From positions 1,909,321 through 1,973,320 of the forward strand of contig CM119266.1 in assembly GCA_051294375.1 (NCBI GenBank): DNA of 64,000 nt, in the 5' to 3' direction. Positions 27,667-42,168 of this stretch are shown here, piece after piece. Numbering within the stretch: the stretch's first letter is position 1; each line of letters starts with the position of its first letter. The notes under the pieces are model-generated. The model had not been told where the DNA came from. It ran no database searches and saw only the letters and a list, made by a program, of their open reading frames with translations. The position numbers and the translations under genes were made by a program. The stretch is from Paraspadella gotoi (Eukaryota; Animalia; Chaetognatha).

Positions 27667-28975
27667 ACTGAGGAAATTGGGAAGGAGTGGTACATGGGTT
27701 ATCGTAAGCCGTGGGTAAGGCGGGTGAGGCAACGCGGCTGCAGCGGCGGTTGATGATTGGGGAACGAATAACCGGAAGTAAGAGGGCGTTGCCTTCGAGG
27801 CGAGGTCGGGGTTGTTGTTGTTGTTGTAGGTCGCCGAGAGAAGGTCGCTTATGAAATTAAAAAAAATGTAAGAAAATATGTTTACAATATTTAAAATGTG
27901 ATTTATACGTAGTTTTCGATAATGGCGTGACATCTGACTTATTCTGTGGTGTGAATGTCTAAATTATATAAACACATATCGTCCGTTAAAAATTTTACGA
28001 AAGAAGTTAATCAATTACATAGGGTACATAGTGTAAATAGTGAAATTGGTAACCTGACGTAATTAAAAATGGGCGTCCGAAAAACATACGAGAATTTGAC
28101 GCCATCGTCGCAAGCGAGACTCACCCGACGCTTGATTCTTCCTTACCTTCGCTTTTCTCGTGAACGGCCCAGACTGTGATCTCGCAACAGACTGTGATCT
28201 CGGCGCAACTTGACCTTTTTACGAAGAAAAGGCCAATGAAAATCTGAGTCGGTGAGAGGAGAAAATGGAGAGACTGGGGAGTGAAAGTAAAAAAAAGTGT
28301 GAAAGTAAGAAAGTAGGGAAGTGAAAAAGATGGTAATAAACAGCAGCCGCGGTTACACTTTTTTGCATTTTATTTTTTTCGCGCGCTGAACCTTTTTTTG
28401 TTCGATATTCGTTTAACAAAAAAGATTGGATGAGTTTTTGGTAAGCTTTTTTTCCTACCAAGCTTTTATAAAACTTTTTTCAGCATTTTTGAAAAGAATG
28501 AGGATAAATCTGAACGAAGGAACGTTCTCTCGTGCCTAACTTTTCTCCGAATTATTTGTCAAAGTTTTTTATTTACACTTTCTTTTTTACTTTACTTTAT
28601 TTATTACTATTGGAGAGAGATACCGCCTAACCGACCGAAAGTCTCGCCGATCGCTTCAGCAACTCGTTCACCGAAAAAAAAAAATCCTATATTTTCCCAG
28701 CGAGAAAAATACTTTTTCGTTCACGTCTCTTACTCATGGGAGAAGTCATGAGCCACCGTCCGCGCCCACAATGTAAGACGTCGAAACTTTGCGCGACCGA
28801 AAACCCATAATCTATGATTTGCGAGGTCTTTTTCTCCAACGCGGGAGACGGAGCGGAAGACGCCGCCGCCGCCGCTGCCGCCGCTGCCGCCGCCGCCGCT
28901 GCCGCCGCCGCCACTGCCGCTGCCGGAGACCGCGTTAGTAGTCGGAGGATTTGCTCGAGGCTTTGGACTCTAATC
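27189..28975 (-). CDS. Candidate small gene with Gly/Ala-rich tracts in error-prone sequence (duplicate at about 32219-34280)
   Basis: Splice-bounded GC-rich blocks at about 28975-28620, 28214-28147, 27847-27603 and 27240-27189. A possible C-terminus ..AAAAFLAQQKSQK|RQMGFINFDGSVVVYC* needs indel correction using both copies. Confidence 0.25.
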
Positions 28976-29704
28976 CAGATTTGAAAATGAGATGAGTTTA
29001 CGGGAAAAAAATCGGGTTCAATACTTAATGACGCTGATGCTAATTTAATATCGTTGAGTGACGGAACGTGGGATCCGGAGAATATCCTAAAACCATTTGA
29101 CACCTACGTTCTTCCCGGGATTTAAGCGTCCAGCTTCTAGCTAATCGTTACTTAAAGCTAATTTGCGTATTGTATCGGTGGTGATTTATTATCTTATAAA
29201 GCCTCACAATATAATTTGACGGTAAATTTGGGAAGAATTGTTACAACAAAAAAAACCCAAAATCTTCCGAAGCGTCGACAACGTCTTTATGTATATGTAC
29301 GACGAGAGAAGAAAAATAACCAATAAAAAATATCCCTTAAAATATAAACCATGCTTCGATAGTTCTTCATTCCAAGAAATTTATATAGTATTCAATCAAT
29401 GGTCAAATTATTCTGAACGTGTGGTTGCTTTTTATTGAATTTTTTCTTGCTTATCTTTATGCATGACATTAAGAGAATCCTATAAGCTTTCTAACCAAAT
29501 TGAACATTACTACTCTGTACAGGCATTAATTTCTGTTTCGAGATTATATAAAAAAAAGAAACTATTTTTTCTTCTTTTTCGTGGGAACTTTCTGGCGGGA
29601 AAAGATAAAATCGAAAATGGAAGCATCAGACTGAAAAGAGGGCGATTTGCTGAACTTGGTATTCAAGCCTTCACCGACGCGTTTGGCTCGTTGAATCGTT
29701 ATAT

Positions 29705-29757
<53 letters not shown>

Positions 29758-31759
29758 AAGAGAGAGAGAGAGAGAGAGACGAGAGTCCCGAGGGGGAATG
29801 TCATCTTCGTTAGATGGCGCAGAGCAGAAAACTTAATGAAAACTGGCTTTTGTTGGCACCGCGAACCAGACTGTTGGGGCAAAAGAAAGCAGAGAGAAAT
29901 CTCCCGTTTTTATTCAGAGAGAGATAAGGAGATAAAAATCAGACGTAACAGCAGATTGCTCGATGAGTGAAAGAGTAAAGAGAGATAGAGAGAGGAGAGA
30001 GAGAAGGGAGAGAGAGAGAGAGAGAGAGATGATGAGAAGAGGAAGAGAAGAGAGAGAGAGAGAGAGAGAGACAAAAACGAAATTAGAGAGGGTAAATAAA
30101 AACCAGATTCGAATTCTCTATGAGGAAGAAACTCGAATCCTCAAGATGAGAAAGCACGAAAAAGAAAAAAGAAAAAAACAAACGAAAAAGACAAATTGTC
30201 AAGAAGACTGTAATATTGTACAGTTCATAGTATTCAGAGTAAGTTACATTCATAGCCTGAATGAATGACTAAATTTTTTTTAATATTTATTGAAATTAAT
30301 TGTAGAATTGTAACTATCTATACGATCAGTGATAGTAGGTCACTGTCAATCATAAACACTATATCATCATTGCATGTACAGCTGGCGGAGAGAAAGACGA
30401 CTGCTGTGAGGGTGTGGGAAAGAAGGACGGCGAGCAGCTACACTTTCCCTCCCTCTCTTTAGCCCCCCTCCCCAGCCCTCCCTTAGCCCCTCCTCCCCAA
30501 AAAAAAGTGAGAGGGACTTTAACATGAATGTCTGAGGCCGATGACTTGACAAGAAATAGCATAGAACGGATGCAAGCATTGTACAGTCATGTGAAGAAGG
30601 GACAAGAGTAACCAAGGAAAAGAGAGAGCTAGATGGCTAGGAACTAGTGGAGCAATGTCAGAGACTCAGAGATGAGAAGCAGATCAGCTGAGAGGAGCGA
30701 GGAGAAAGGCATGCAAGGGGAGAGGAGCATAGGGAACGACGAACGAATAGTTAAGGCGAATGTCAGCAATTCGGTGAACTTTTGATTATACGAGGAGTGT
30801 CGTAGACCATGTGTGTATGTTCGAATTTATCTTTTTGTATTGTTTTTTTGCTGATTAACGACTGTAAAAATATAAGTAGCGAACATGTAGAATTATAAAA
30901 TCAATTTTGTAACAACGAAAATCTTAATTTTTCTCTCTATAAGGATTCTGCTAAATATTTTTTTTTAAAATCTTATTATAAGAATATTAGGTGAATTTTC
31001 ACATATATTATAAACGTATATATACAATCAAAAAATTGTTTTTAAAAGATCTTAATTTATAAACACAGATATAAAATAGATAAAAATAATTTTAAAATAA
31101 ATTCTTATGTAGCTATATCAAAATCTTCATACTTTTTATAGAAATGACAACAATAAATAAATTATCTGCATTCATTTAATAGAATTAAGTTCATCCTCTT
31201 GACCTTACTTTGGGACCAGGGCTTATTGGTGGTTTAATGCTGTCAGTCGTCACTCTTACAACGAGTAATGGACATATATTTAATTTAGTTGTTATCGTGT
31301 TTGACCAAGTCACATCAGATAATATTTGCATGTGCAGAATCGTCTTGTTCCAGCCGACTTTGAATGGGGCAGCGTCTGAGAGAAAAAAGAAGAAACCAAA
31401 TCGAGTGGGGGAGGGAGAAAATGAGGCGGAAGAGCGGAAAAAGATGAGTGGGAGGAGGAAGAAGGGAGAAGACGAAGGAATATAGAGGATGAAAGAAGTC
31501 GAGAGTACGTCAGAGGAGAAAAGTCGGAAGGTAAGAGAACCGAGGCGCAGTTAGAAATTGTGTGAGTTGAGTTGATTGATTGATGGAGAAAAGCGCGAAG
31601 CAGGAAGAAAAAATAATGAAAAGTTTAGAGTTTGTAAAGACGAGAGCAAAAAAAAAAGGCGATGAAGAATGTTAGAGAAGTAGTGCGAAAGGGAGTGAGA
31701 GAATAATGTGAAATAGTTACGTGAGAAGAGAGGAGAGAGAGAGAGAGAGAGAGAGATGA

Positions 31760-31800
<41 letters not shown>

Positions 31801-32628
31801 AGAGGAGAAAGAAAACGATACTCCAGGGTTCGAAAAGGAAGGGCTGTAAATAAGAAAATAGTCGAACGAGGTAAGAGGGACCGGAAAAGAGAAAGAGGGA
31901 AGAACGGGAAAGAAGAAGTAGTTTTGTTGAGGAGAAACTATTATGTTCTCTCTCTGCTCTCACTCGTCTCTCGTCCTCTCTCTCTCTTCTGCTCTCGTCT
32001 CTCTCTCTGCTCTCTCTTCTCTCTCTCTCTCTCGACTCGGGCTTCTGATGTTCTCGTGGGAGGAGATGAGATGAGATGAAGAGAGCAGGAAAGGTAATGG
32101 GTTAAACGATGAAGAGAGGCGGGAGAGAAACGGAGAGAGGAGAGAGAGAGAAAAAGAGACGGTATGTAGTTTCGTCAAGCCCTTTTTTGTTATAAATATG
32201 GAACAGCCTATTGAACACTTAACAATAGACGACGACGGACCCATCGAAGTTGATGAAGCCCATTTGCCTCTAAAAAAGGAATCAATGAGGGAAGAGAAAA
32301 ATGAAGAGGAGATGAAAAGAAAAAAAAAGAGGAGAGAGGAAACATTTTCCCCCCTAATTGTTCTTCTTCCCAAATGAGTTTTTAGAAAGGAAAAAAAAAA
32401 TCGTCTCCTCTCTGTCTCATCCTCCTCGTACCTATCCCTCTCTCTCTTCTCTCTCTCTCACCTACCTCATCATCTCTCTCTCTCAACTCCTACTCCTCTC
32501 TCTCTTCCTCTTTCATCCTTTACTCCTTCCTTTCCTCCTCTTCTCCTCCCTCTCCTCTACTCTCCTCTCTCTCTTACATCTCTCCTCATCTCTCCTTCGC
32601 TCTCTGCTCTCTCTCTCCTCTCTCTCTC

Positions 32629-32666
<38 letters not shown>

Positions 32667-34998
32667 TCTACTCTTGCTCTCCCTCTTCTGCCTCTCCTCT
32701 CTCCTTCCTTCATCCTACTACTCCATCTTGTCGTCCCTCTCTCTACTTCCTCTCTCTCTCTCTCCCTCGTGTCTCTCTCCTCCTCTCTCTCTCTCGTCTT
32801 CTCTCTTCTCTCTCTCTACTCTCTCTCCCTCTCTCACCAATCCTATCCCTTTCCTTTTCCCCTCCAATTCTTAATCGTCCTCCCTTCTTCCTCTTAATCT
32901 TCCTTTCTCTCTCTTCTTCGAAAAAAAGTAGGACATAATCCAACCTCTGAGATTTTTTGCTGCGCGAGAAAGGCGGCGGTGCGGCGGCGGCGGCGGGGCG
33001 GCGGCGACTGAGGAAATTGGGAAGGAGTGTACATGGGTTATCGTAGGCCGTGGGTAAGGCGGTGAGGCAACGGGCGCAGCGGCGGTTGATGATTGGGAAC
33101 GAATAACCGGAAGTAAGAGGCGCGTGCCTCGAGGCGAGGTCGGGTTGTTGTTGTTTGTTGTAGGTCGCCGAGAGAAGGTCGCTTATGAAATTAAAAAAAA
33201 TGTAAGAAAATAGTGTTTTTACAATATTTAAAATGTTATTTATACGTAGTTTTTCGATAATGGCGTGACATCTGACTTATTCTGTGGTGTGAATGTCTAA
33301 ATTATATAAACACATATCGTCGTTAAAATTTACGAAAAAGAAGTTAATCAATTACATAGGGTACATAGTGTAAATAGTGAAATTGGTACCTGACGTAATT
33401 AAAAATGGGCGTCGAAAAACATACGAGAATTTGACGCATCGTCGCAAGCGAGACTCACCCGACGGCTTGATTCTTCCTTACCTTCGCTTTTCTCGGTGAA
33501 CGGCCCAGACTGTGATCTCGAACAGACTGTGATCTCGGCCCAGACTGTGGATCTCGCAACTTGACTTTTACGAGAAAAAGCAATGAAACTGAGTCGTAGA
33601 GAAAAAGAGAGACTGGGGAGGAAGTAAAAAAGTGTGAAAGTAAGAAGTAGGAAGTGAAAAGATGGTAAAAACAGCAGCCGCGGTTACATCTTTTTTTGCT
33701 TTTATTTTTTTCGCGGCGCGAACCTTTTTTTGTTCGATATTCGTTTAACAAAAAAGATTGGATGAGTTTTTGTAAGCTTTTTTCCTACCAAGCTTTTTTC
33801 AGCATTTTTGAAAAGAATGAGGATAATGCTGAACGAAGGACGTTCTCTCGTGCCCTAACTTTTCTCCCGAATTATTTGTCAAAGTTTTTTATTACACTTT
33901 CTTTTTTACTTTACTTTTTTATTACTATTGGAGAGAGATACCGCTACCGACGAAGTCTCGCCGATCGCTTCAGCAACTCGTTTACCAAAAAAAAAAATCT
34001 ATCATTTTCCCCAGCGAGAAAAATACTTTTCGTTCACGTCTCTTACTCATGGAGAAGTCATGAGCCACCGTCCGCGCCCACAATGTAGACGTCGAAACTT
34101 TGCGCGACCGAAAACCCATAATCTATGATTTGCCGAGGTCTTTTTCTCCAACGGCGGGAGACGGAGCGGAAGACGCCGCCGCGCCGCTGCCGCCCGCTGC
34201 CGCCGCCGCCGCTGCCGCCGCCGCCACTGCCCGTGCCGGAGACCGCGTTAGTAGTCGGAGATTTGCTCGAGGCTTTGGACTCATCCAGATTTTGAAATGA
34301 TATGAGTTTACGGGAAAAAAATCGGGTTCAATACTTAATGACGCTGATGCTAATTTAATATCGTTGAGTGACGGAACGTGGGATCCGGAGAATCATCCTA
34401 AACCATTTGACACCTTACGTTCTCCCGGGATTTAAGCGTCCAGCTTCTAGCTAATCGTTACTAGCTAATTTGCGTAATTGTATCGGTGGTGATTTATTAT
34501 CTTATAAAGCCTACAATATAATTGACGGTAAATTTGGGAGAATTGTTACAACAAAAAAACCCGAAAATCCGAAGCGTCGACAACGCTTTATGTATATGTA
34601 CGACGAGAGAAGAAAAATAACCAATAAAAAAATCCCTTAAAATATAAACCATGCTTCGATAGTTCTTCATTCAAGAAATTTATATAGTATTCAACAATGG
34701 TCAAATTATTCTGAACGTGTGGTTGCTTTTTATTGAATTTTTTCTTGCTACCTTATGCATGACATTAAGAGAATCCTATAAGCTTTCTAACCAAATTGAA
34801 CATTACTACTCTGTACAGGCATTAATTTCTGTTTCGAGATTATATAAAAAAAAGAAACTATTTTTCTTCTTTTTCGTGGGAGCTTTCTGGCGGGAAAAGA
34901 TAAAATCGAAAATGAAAGCATCAGACTGAAAGAGGCGATTTGGTTGAACTTGGTATTCAACGCCTTCACCTACGCGTTTGGCTCGTTGATCGTTATAT

Positions 34999-35051
<53 letters not shown>

Positions 35052-35339
35052 AAGAGAGAGAGAGAGAGAGAGACGAGAGTCCCGAGGGGAAGTCATCTTC
35101 GGTTAGATGGGCGCAGAGCAGAAAACTAATGAAAAACTGGTTTTGTTGGCACCGCGAACCAGACTGTTGGGGCAAAAGAAAGCAGAGAGAATCTCCGTTT
35201 TATTGCGATTCAGAAAGAGGTTTCAGAAATGATATGCTCACTCTCTCTCTCTCTCTCGTCGTCAAACAGAGAAAAAGAAATGATGCAAAACCAAGAATAG
35301 AATGTGTAAAGAAAAAAAAAAAGGACGTGACCGTTAAAA

Positions 35340-35379
<40 letters not shown>

Positions 35380-35418
35380 CTCTCTCTCTCTCTNNNNNNN
35401 NNNNNNNNNNNNNNNNNN

Positions 35419-35455
<37 letters not shown>

Positions 35456-35928
35456 GAGAAACCGAAGGGAGAGAGAAACCCTCATTATTCTTTCTCGGCA
35501 ACTCACCCTTTAACGTTTAACGTCAAGGCCACGCGGGGCGCTGGCGTCGGTTTTAATGAATAATCGAACAAATGGCCATCGGAGGACAAGTAGGAGCGAA
35601 TAAAGTTAAGAAAAGTATTGGAAAAACCCTAAGATTACGAGAAGCCGAAGAAACTGTACAGAAAAATTCCTCAAGTTATTTTTAGTTTAAAACAGATGTA
35701 TTCTCAACACGCATAATTTTTAAATGGCACGACGAATTAATATGGGACGGATGACAAAGATTAATAAGGCGAATTAATAGTTTAATATTATGTCACACTA
35801 TATTCTACGTATTCTACAGTATAATACTTTTAAAGTTTTTCTCGAAAGAAAGAGCAAGACAATAATTTTAATTGAAAACAAGAAATGGGATTAAAGTTGT
35901 GTCGTCACGTAAATGGATTAAGACATCA

Positions 35929-36078
35929 ATGAATTTGGTGCAACCAATATAAAAATTATCCATTCATATCTTGCCCCTGACTTTGGACAGGCTTTGGTGG
36001 TTTAAGGCCCCCATCACTCTTACAAGATAATGACATAGCAGGTCCCTGCAAGCTTTCAATCAAGACTCTCTCACAGTC
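35929..36078 (-). repeat. ~150-bp dispersed repeat family, copy 3 (degenerate copy 4 at 36776-36919)
   Basis: High identity to 8177-8335. Confidence 0.85.
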
Positions 36079-36253
36079 TCGTTTATTCACTCCCAGAGTA
36101 CCTGGCTTCCCTATCAATGAAGTGGTATAATGTTTCAAAGAATGTTTCAATTGTATGAAAAGACCACTCCCTTAAGTATTAGTAGTATTAGTAAATGATA
36201 GTTCTACGATCGATGGAGTCCGAAGCGAGACATTGAAGACTTGGAACCGGGAT

Positions 36254-37762
36254 TCATGACTTAACTCCGCGCAGCCTGGCGTAGCAAGTGGCGCAGACGT
36301 CATCCTCATCGTCGTCGTCGTCGGCGAGAGACTTGGACCCCAGGAGGCGCTTGTGACAGAAGCTGCAAGACCTCGTCCAGTCTGAACGGAGTTTGGAGGC
36401 GGGATCGAAGGTCCGCAGCGTCGGAGGCGAGTCGCGCATCTCCACCAAACACCTCGTCATAGAATTCCCGGTTCCGACGCTGCTGCCGCCGCCGCTGCCG
36501 CCGCCGCTGCTGCCGCCGCTGCCGCCGCTAGAATCGTTCTCGGCTCCCTGCGGTTTGCGGCAGCTCTTGCAGCAAATCTTTCCCTCTTTCTCGAAAAAAT
36601 TCGTCGTCTCGAGAGATTTGCGGCAAAAGTGGCAGCGGAAGCAGCTTTTGTTTGGTGAGGTCAGGGTGAGGAAAGAATAGGGTATAGGTAAGGTTAATAC
36701 GCTGTCTTGTAGTATGCAGAACATCTTAGATCTAGATCTGTCATTCCATAATTAGCGAGCAATAAAATTTAAGTTATGAAATAGGTACAACCAAGATAAA
36801 AATCATCCATTCATTCCATATATGCATAATTGCATAATTGCATATGTTATACGGGTTAAGGCCTCCATCCATACAAGATAATAACATATCAAGACCCTAC
36901 TATCACATATCTCACAGTCAAGTTTTTCAACTTATCAACTATAAATTATAATATTAATTAATTATCATTTTTAGTCGGATCTGCTTATTAGCAGATCCCG
37001 ACTCTATAATTCACTTTGTCGGTCCGTTGGTCCGCCCCCTCAATATTGTCGGGCACTCACTTATATCATGTCAGAACATCGAATTATGATAAATTATGCA
37101 AAAAAATAATGTCTGTCCGTCCATCTGTCCGTCCATCCGTGATTGAGCTGGATATGAAGTTTCGATGGAAATCGTTCCGAGTGGAAATGAGTTTAAATGA
37201 AAAAAAAAACAAAAACCGGTTTCACTAATTGATTATGCTTCTTTTTCTTCTTTTAAATTAAATATAAATGAAAGATGTATTAATTAATAAATAATTAATC
37301 AGTTACTTAATCAATTAGTCCAATTAATTAATCAATAATTAATTAATTAATTTTTGATTAATTATTTAACTTGAATTAATTAATTAGTATATAATTAATT
37401 ACCGATAATGATCGTGGGCAGATCCGACATTGTTTGCATCAAACTTGTTTTTTCGAAACACCCGGTTCTGTCCCTCTCCGCATCAAACTCACTTGGGCGT
37501 GCCACTTTTGCCAGGGCCAATCTCGCCTCGGCGTGGAAGACGGCTGTCCGCATCCGCCACCGCCGCCACGCGCCACCGGGCCAGCGCGCCACCGTCGACA
37601 CGCCCTTGATGTCGGCGGCGGGGCGGGTCAGCGGCACGGCGGCGAGGGCGTGGTAATCGTCGTCGGAGATGGAACGGCGGGGTCGGGAAGGGAGGGGCGG
37701 CGACTTGGAAGAGTAGGGGAGTGGGGTGTGGAACGGAAGGTGGGGGAGAGAGAGAGAGAGAG

Positions 37763-37800
<38 letters not shown>

Positions 37801-40800
37801 ACCGCTGACGATTCCTTTAAGAATTAAATTTTTTAAAGTTCTACTTTATTTAAAGTAGTAAGTTGATACGTTCCCGTTATCAAAAGAATTGTAAAAAAAT
37901 TAAAATTATATTTGAAGTTTCCCCTAAACTCATTATATGGCTTTTGGCATAAAAAAGGTTTTTTCTCTTTTCAAATTCTATCGAAAAAAATTAAATCTGG
38001 TATGGTGGACTAAAATCCACCAACCGTTCATCAGCGGCCATTGGTGCCGGAGGCAAGTCATTCGCCTCCGAACCCAAAGGTCCGGGGTTCTAGCCCGGTG
38101 GTCGCCTAGCAGTTAAGAAGGACGGGGCACTTAATCCGCCTGTAACACGGTGTTACAACCAGATCCGAAGCTGAGGGACTGCTTACATTGAACGGTTCTG
38201 TTATTATCAATTATTACTGTCTCTTCTCTGGATTAAATCTTGAGTCTCGTCTTCAACTCCTTCATTCTGGTTCAGTAGCGACGAAGCTTTTTTTGTTCTT
38301 TCAGTGACTCAATGATGTTAAGAAGATAAAACCGCTTACATCCCCATCCCAAACAGATATTATTTTATTTAAATATTTAATAGAAAAAAATTTTAACAAG
38401 TAAATAAAATCATAAATAATAGTTATTTTAAATAAAAAAAAATAAATAAAAATAAAAATAATAAACAAATAAATAAAGATAGTGAAACAAGTAATTTTGC
38501 AACTTTCATAATTGGGGAATCTCTATGTATGATTACATACCATAGGTCATTAAAAAGGACTCAAAATCATTACTCAATTCATCACTTACTTCATCTTGTC
38601 TCATTAGGTCTCTCGCCAATTGTTACTTCTCTCGCAGTCTTCTTCGCGATTTTGGGTTTCTATCATTCAGTCGCCCATTTGATGTCATTTTTCCTTCTCC
38701 CGCCCTTTCTCACCCCATCGGCTCTCTCTCTCCCGAGGAAACCATTTTTCCACGCCTTCTGTTCCTCGAAGTGGAGTGACGCAACATCTCCCTCTACTTT
38801 CTATTCCTTTCCATCGGCCCCCCATGCGGATCCCTTTCTCATAACCTGTGTGTAACGGGTCTAAGGCCAGCACCTCTGCGGGCGGTGGAGAGTCGGTTAG
38901 TAGTGGTATAACATTAGACCATAACAGTCGTGAACCAAAATGGCCATGGCGCACGGACGGTATCCACAGTAGGCCGAAAGCGAGAAGTGAAGCTCTTGGT
39001 GAGCAAGGTATTATTCATGGTTTATCTGCAAGGAAAGAGTCGCCCTTGAAACGGATTGCTATGAGAGAAAGCGCACGACCCCGAAGAAGGGGGTGGTCGT
39101 AAGGGAAAGTAAAAGATTACATTCCTCAAGGTTAGTGAGAGATGAGTAGTAGTTAAAAGAACAGGAGATGAGGAGAGATGATGACGAGTCAAGGAGAGCA
39201 GACCGATCAATGAAGGGAAATGTATTGGAAATGGACGGAAGACGGAGAATATAGATATGAGGAAGGCGGATGCGCACACAGATTAATAATGGCGAAGGGT
39301 TAACGTAGTTTAATATTATGGATGACAATATATGTCTAACGTATTCTACGCAGTAGTAATGAGACTTATGTAAAGAAATATGATTGCTTTCTGCGAAACG
39401 CAAAGAGCAGGAGCCTTTGACATTCCTATGAATTTTATATAGAAGAAGCAAGAACTGTCTGGGATATAAGTTTGGTGTGAGTACACGTATCCTGGATTAG
39501 ACATACAATGAAGTTTGGTGCAACTTATATTCCATGTCATTTCATAGACCTGAACTTTGGACGGCTTTGGTGATTTTAAGGCGTCCCATCCACACTCTAC
39601 AAGATATGACAATACCGCAGGTCTCGCAGTCTATCAACATCCAAGACTTATTAACCTTACCTCCACCACGTTGGTTTATTCTCCAGAGTACCTGGCTGTC
39701 CCTCTCCTGGCTCACGGTACTACTCATGTTTTCAAAGAGATGGGCTTTCAATAGTATGAAAAGCACTCCACACTTAAGTATTAGTAAGATTAGTTGTAGT
39801 TTACCAGACGATCGTGGACGTCCGAAGCGAAGACAATATAAGGATATAGAGAGGAGATTCATGATAACTCCGCGCAGCCTGGCGTAGCAGATGAGAAGCA
39901 GATATGCATAGTAGATCACGTCGTCGGCGAGAGACCTTGGGAGAGGCTTGTTTGACAGAAGCTGCAAGAGCCTCGTCCAGCTGAACGGAGTTTTGGAAGA
40001 GCAGAGATAGACCCGGATGAGAGATACGGAGGCGAGTCGCGGCATCTCCACCAAACACCTCGTCCATAGAAATTCACCGTTCGGACGCTGCCTGGCCCGC
40101 CGTCCGCTGCCCGCGCACGCTAGACTTGCCCAGCCGCTGCGCCGCTAGATCGTCTCTCGGCTTTTCCTGCGGTTTTTGCGGCAGTCTTGCAGACATCTTT
40201 CCTCTTTCTCGAAATTCGTCGCCTCCGCAGAGATTTGCACGGACAGTAGGCAGAGGAAGCAGCTTTTGTTTGGTGAGGTCAGGGTGAGGAAAGAATGGGT
40301 ATAGGTAAGGTTTAATACGCAAACCAACACCTGTCTTGTAGTATGCAGACATCTTAGATCTAGATGCTGTCATTCCATAATTAGCGGAGCATAAAATTTA
40401 AGTTATGAAATTAGGACAACAAGATAGAAATCTCCATTCATTCATAAGTTGCATAATTGCATATTGCAATTATATTTACACCGGGTTACGGCTCAATCAT
40501 ACGATAATCTATCAAGATACCCTCTATCACATATCTCACAGTCTAGTTGTTTGCAACTTTATGAACTAAATTATAAATATTAAGTTAAATTATCATTTTT
40601 AAGTCGGCTCCATGACTCTTTCACGACCTACCGACTCTATAATTCACTTTGTCGGTCCGTTGGTCCACCCCCTCAATCTTGTGGGACCTGCACTTATATC
40701 ATGTCAGAACATGTCGAATTATGATAAATTGCAATGGCAAACTTATGTTCTGCTATATTTATCATCACATTTTATATTCATATACAATGAAAGATTATTA

Positions 40801-42137
40801 ATTAATAAAATAATTAATCAGTTACTTAATTAGATTAATCAATTAACATTAATTAATTAATTCATTTGATTAATTATTCTTTAACTTGAATTACATTAAT
40901 TATTAATGTAATTAGACTACCGATAATGATCGGTGGGCCAGGGATCGACATTGTTTGCTCAAAGCTTGTTTTTTCACAACACGCGGCGGCTCTGTCCGCT
41001 CTCCCGCATCAAACTTCACTGGGCGTGCCACCTTTTTGGCCGGCAGGGCCAATCTCGCCTGCTGCGTGGAAGACCCAGCTGTCCGGCATCCGCCACCCGC
41101 AGCGCCACCGCCGCCACCGCCGCACGCGGCCACAGTCGACACGGCCCTTGAATGTCGGCGGCGGGGCGGGTCAGCGGCACGGCGCGAGGGGCGTGGTAAT
41201 CGCGTCGTCGGAGATGGCACACGCGGGGTCGGGAAGCGGGGGCGGGACTGGGAGAGTAGGGGAGTGGGGTGTGGAAGGGAAGGTGGGGGAGAGAGCAGAA
41301 GACAGAGAGAGAGAGAGAGAGAGATTACCGCTGACATTCCTGTAAGAATTAAATTTTTTAAAGTCTAGCTTTATTAAAGTAGTAAGTTGATACGTTCCCG
41401 TTATCAAAAGAATTATATTTGAAGTTTCCCCTAAACCTTTTGGCAATAAAAAAAGGTTTTTTTCTCTTTTTTCAAATTCCTATTTCGAAAAAAATTAAAT
41501 CTGGGTATGGTGGACTAAAATCCCACCAACGCCGTGTCATCAGCGGCCCATTGGTGGCCGGAGGCAAGTCAATTCGCCCCGAACGACAAAGATCTACTGG
41601 TTCTAGCCACGGTGTTCGCCTAGCAGTTTATAGAAAGGAAATGGGCGCTTACCCGCGCTGTAAAACACTGTGTTACAGCCTGATCCGAAGCCTCAGGCAC
41701 TGCTTATATTGAACGGTTTCTGTTATTATCCAATTAGATTACTGTCTCTTCCTCTGGATTAAATCTGAGTCTCGTCTCAACTCCTTCAATTCTGGTTCAG
41801 CAGGGACTATAGCTTTTTTTTGTTCTTCTCATGACTCAATGATGTTAACGGAAGATAAAATCGCTTACATCCCGCATGCCCAAAACAGATATTAATTTTT
41901 AATTAAATACTTTAAATAGAAAAAAATTTTTAAGCAAGTAAATAAAATCATAAATAATAGTTATTTTAAATAAAAAAAAATAAATAAAAATAAAAATAAT
42001 AAACAATAAATAAGATAGTGAAACAAGTAATTTTTGTAAGCTTTGCCTATTGATTATATTGACATTAACGTTATAGTTATGTGAAAGCAGAGGAGAGAGA
42101 GGAGAGAGAGAGAGAGAGAAGAGATGAGAGAGAGAGG

Positions 42138-42168
<31 letters not shown>

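Larger units (their letters stand above)
25064..35203. other. Near-tandem ~5-kb duplication (25064-29913 vs 29935-35203), probable long-read or haplotype assembly artefact
   Basis: The copies are colinear and differ mainly by scattered 1-bp indels and corrupted (GA)n tracts. Confidence 0.85.
35600..42036. other. Near-tandem ~3-kb duplication (about 35600-38500 vs 39100-42036), probable artefact duplicating LIM gene exons 2-3
   Basis: The second copy is colinear but indel-riddled, and both end at GATAGTGAAACAAGTAATTTT. Confidence 0.85.

Noticed and set aside
38520-39100. Unique-looking sequence with short ORFs
   Set aside because: It sits at the junction of an artefactual duplication and grades into very noisy read sequence.
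39850-41260. Frameshifted LIM pseudogene or second paralogue
   Set aside because: The random indel pattern is typical of uncorrected long reads.
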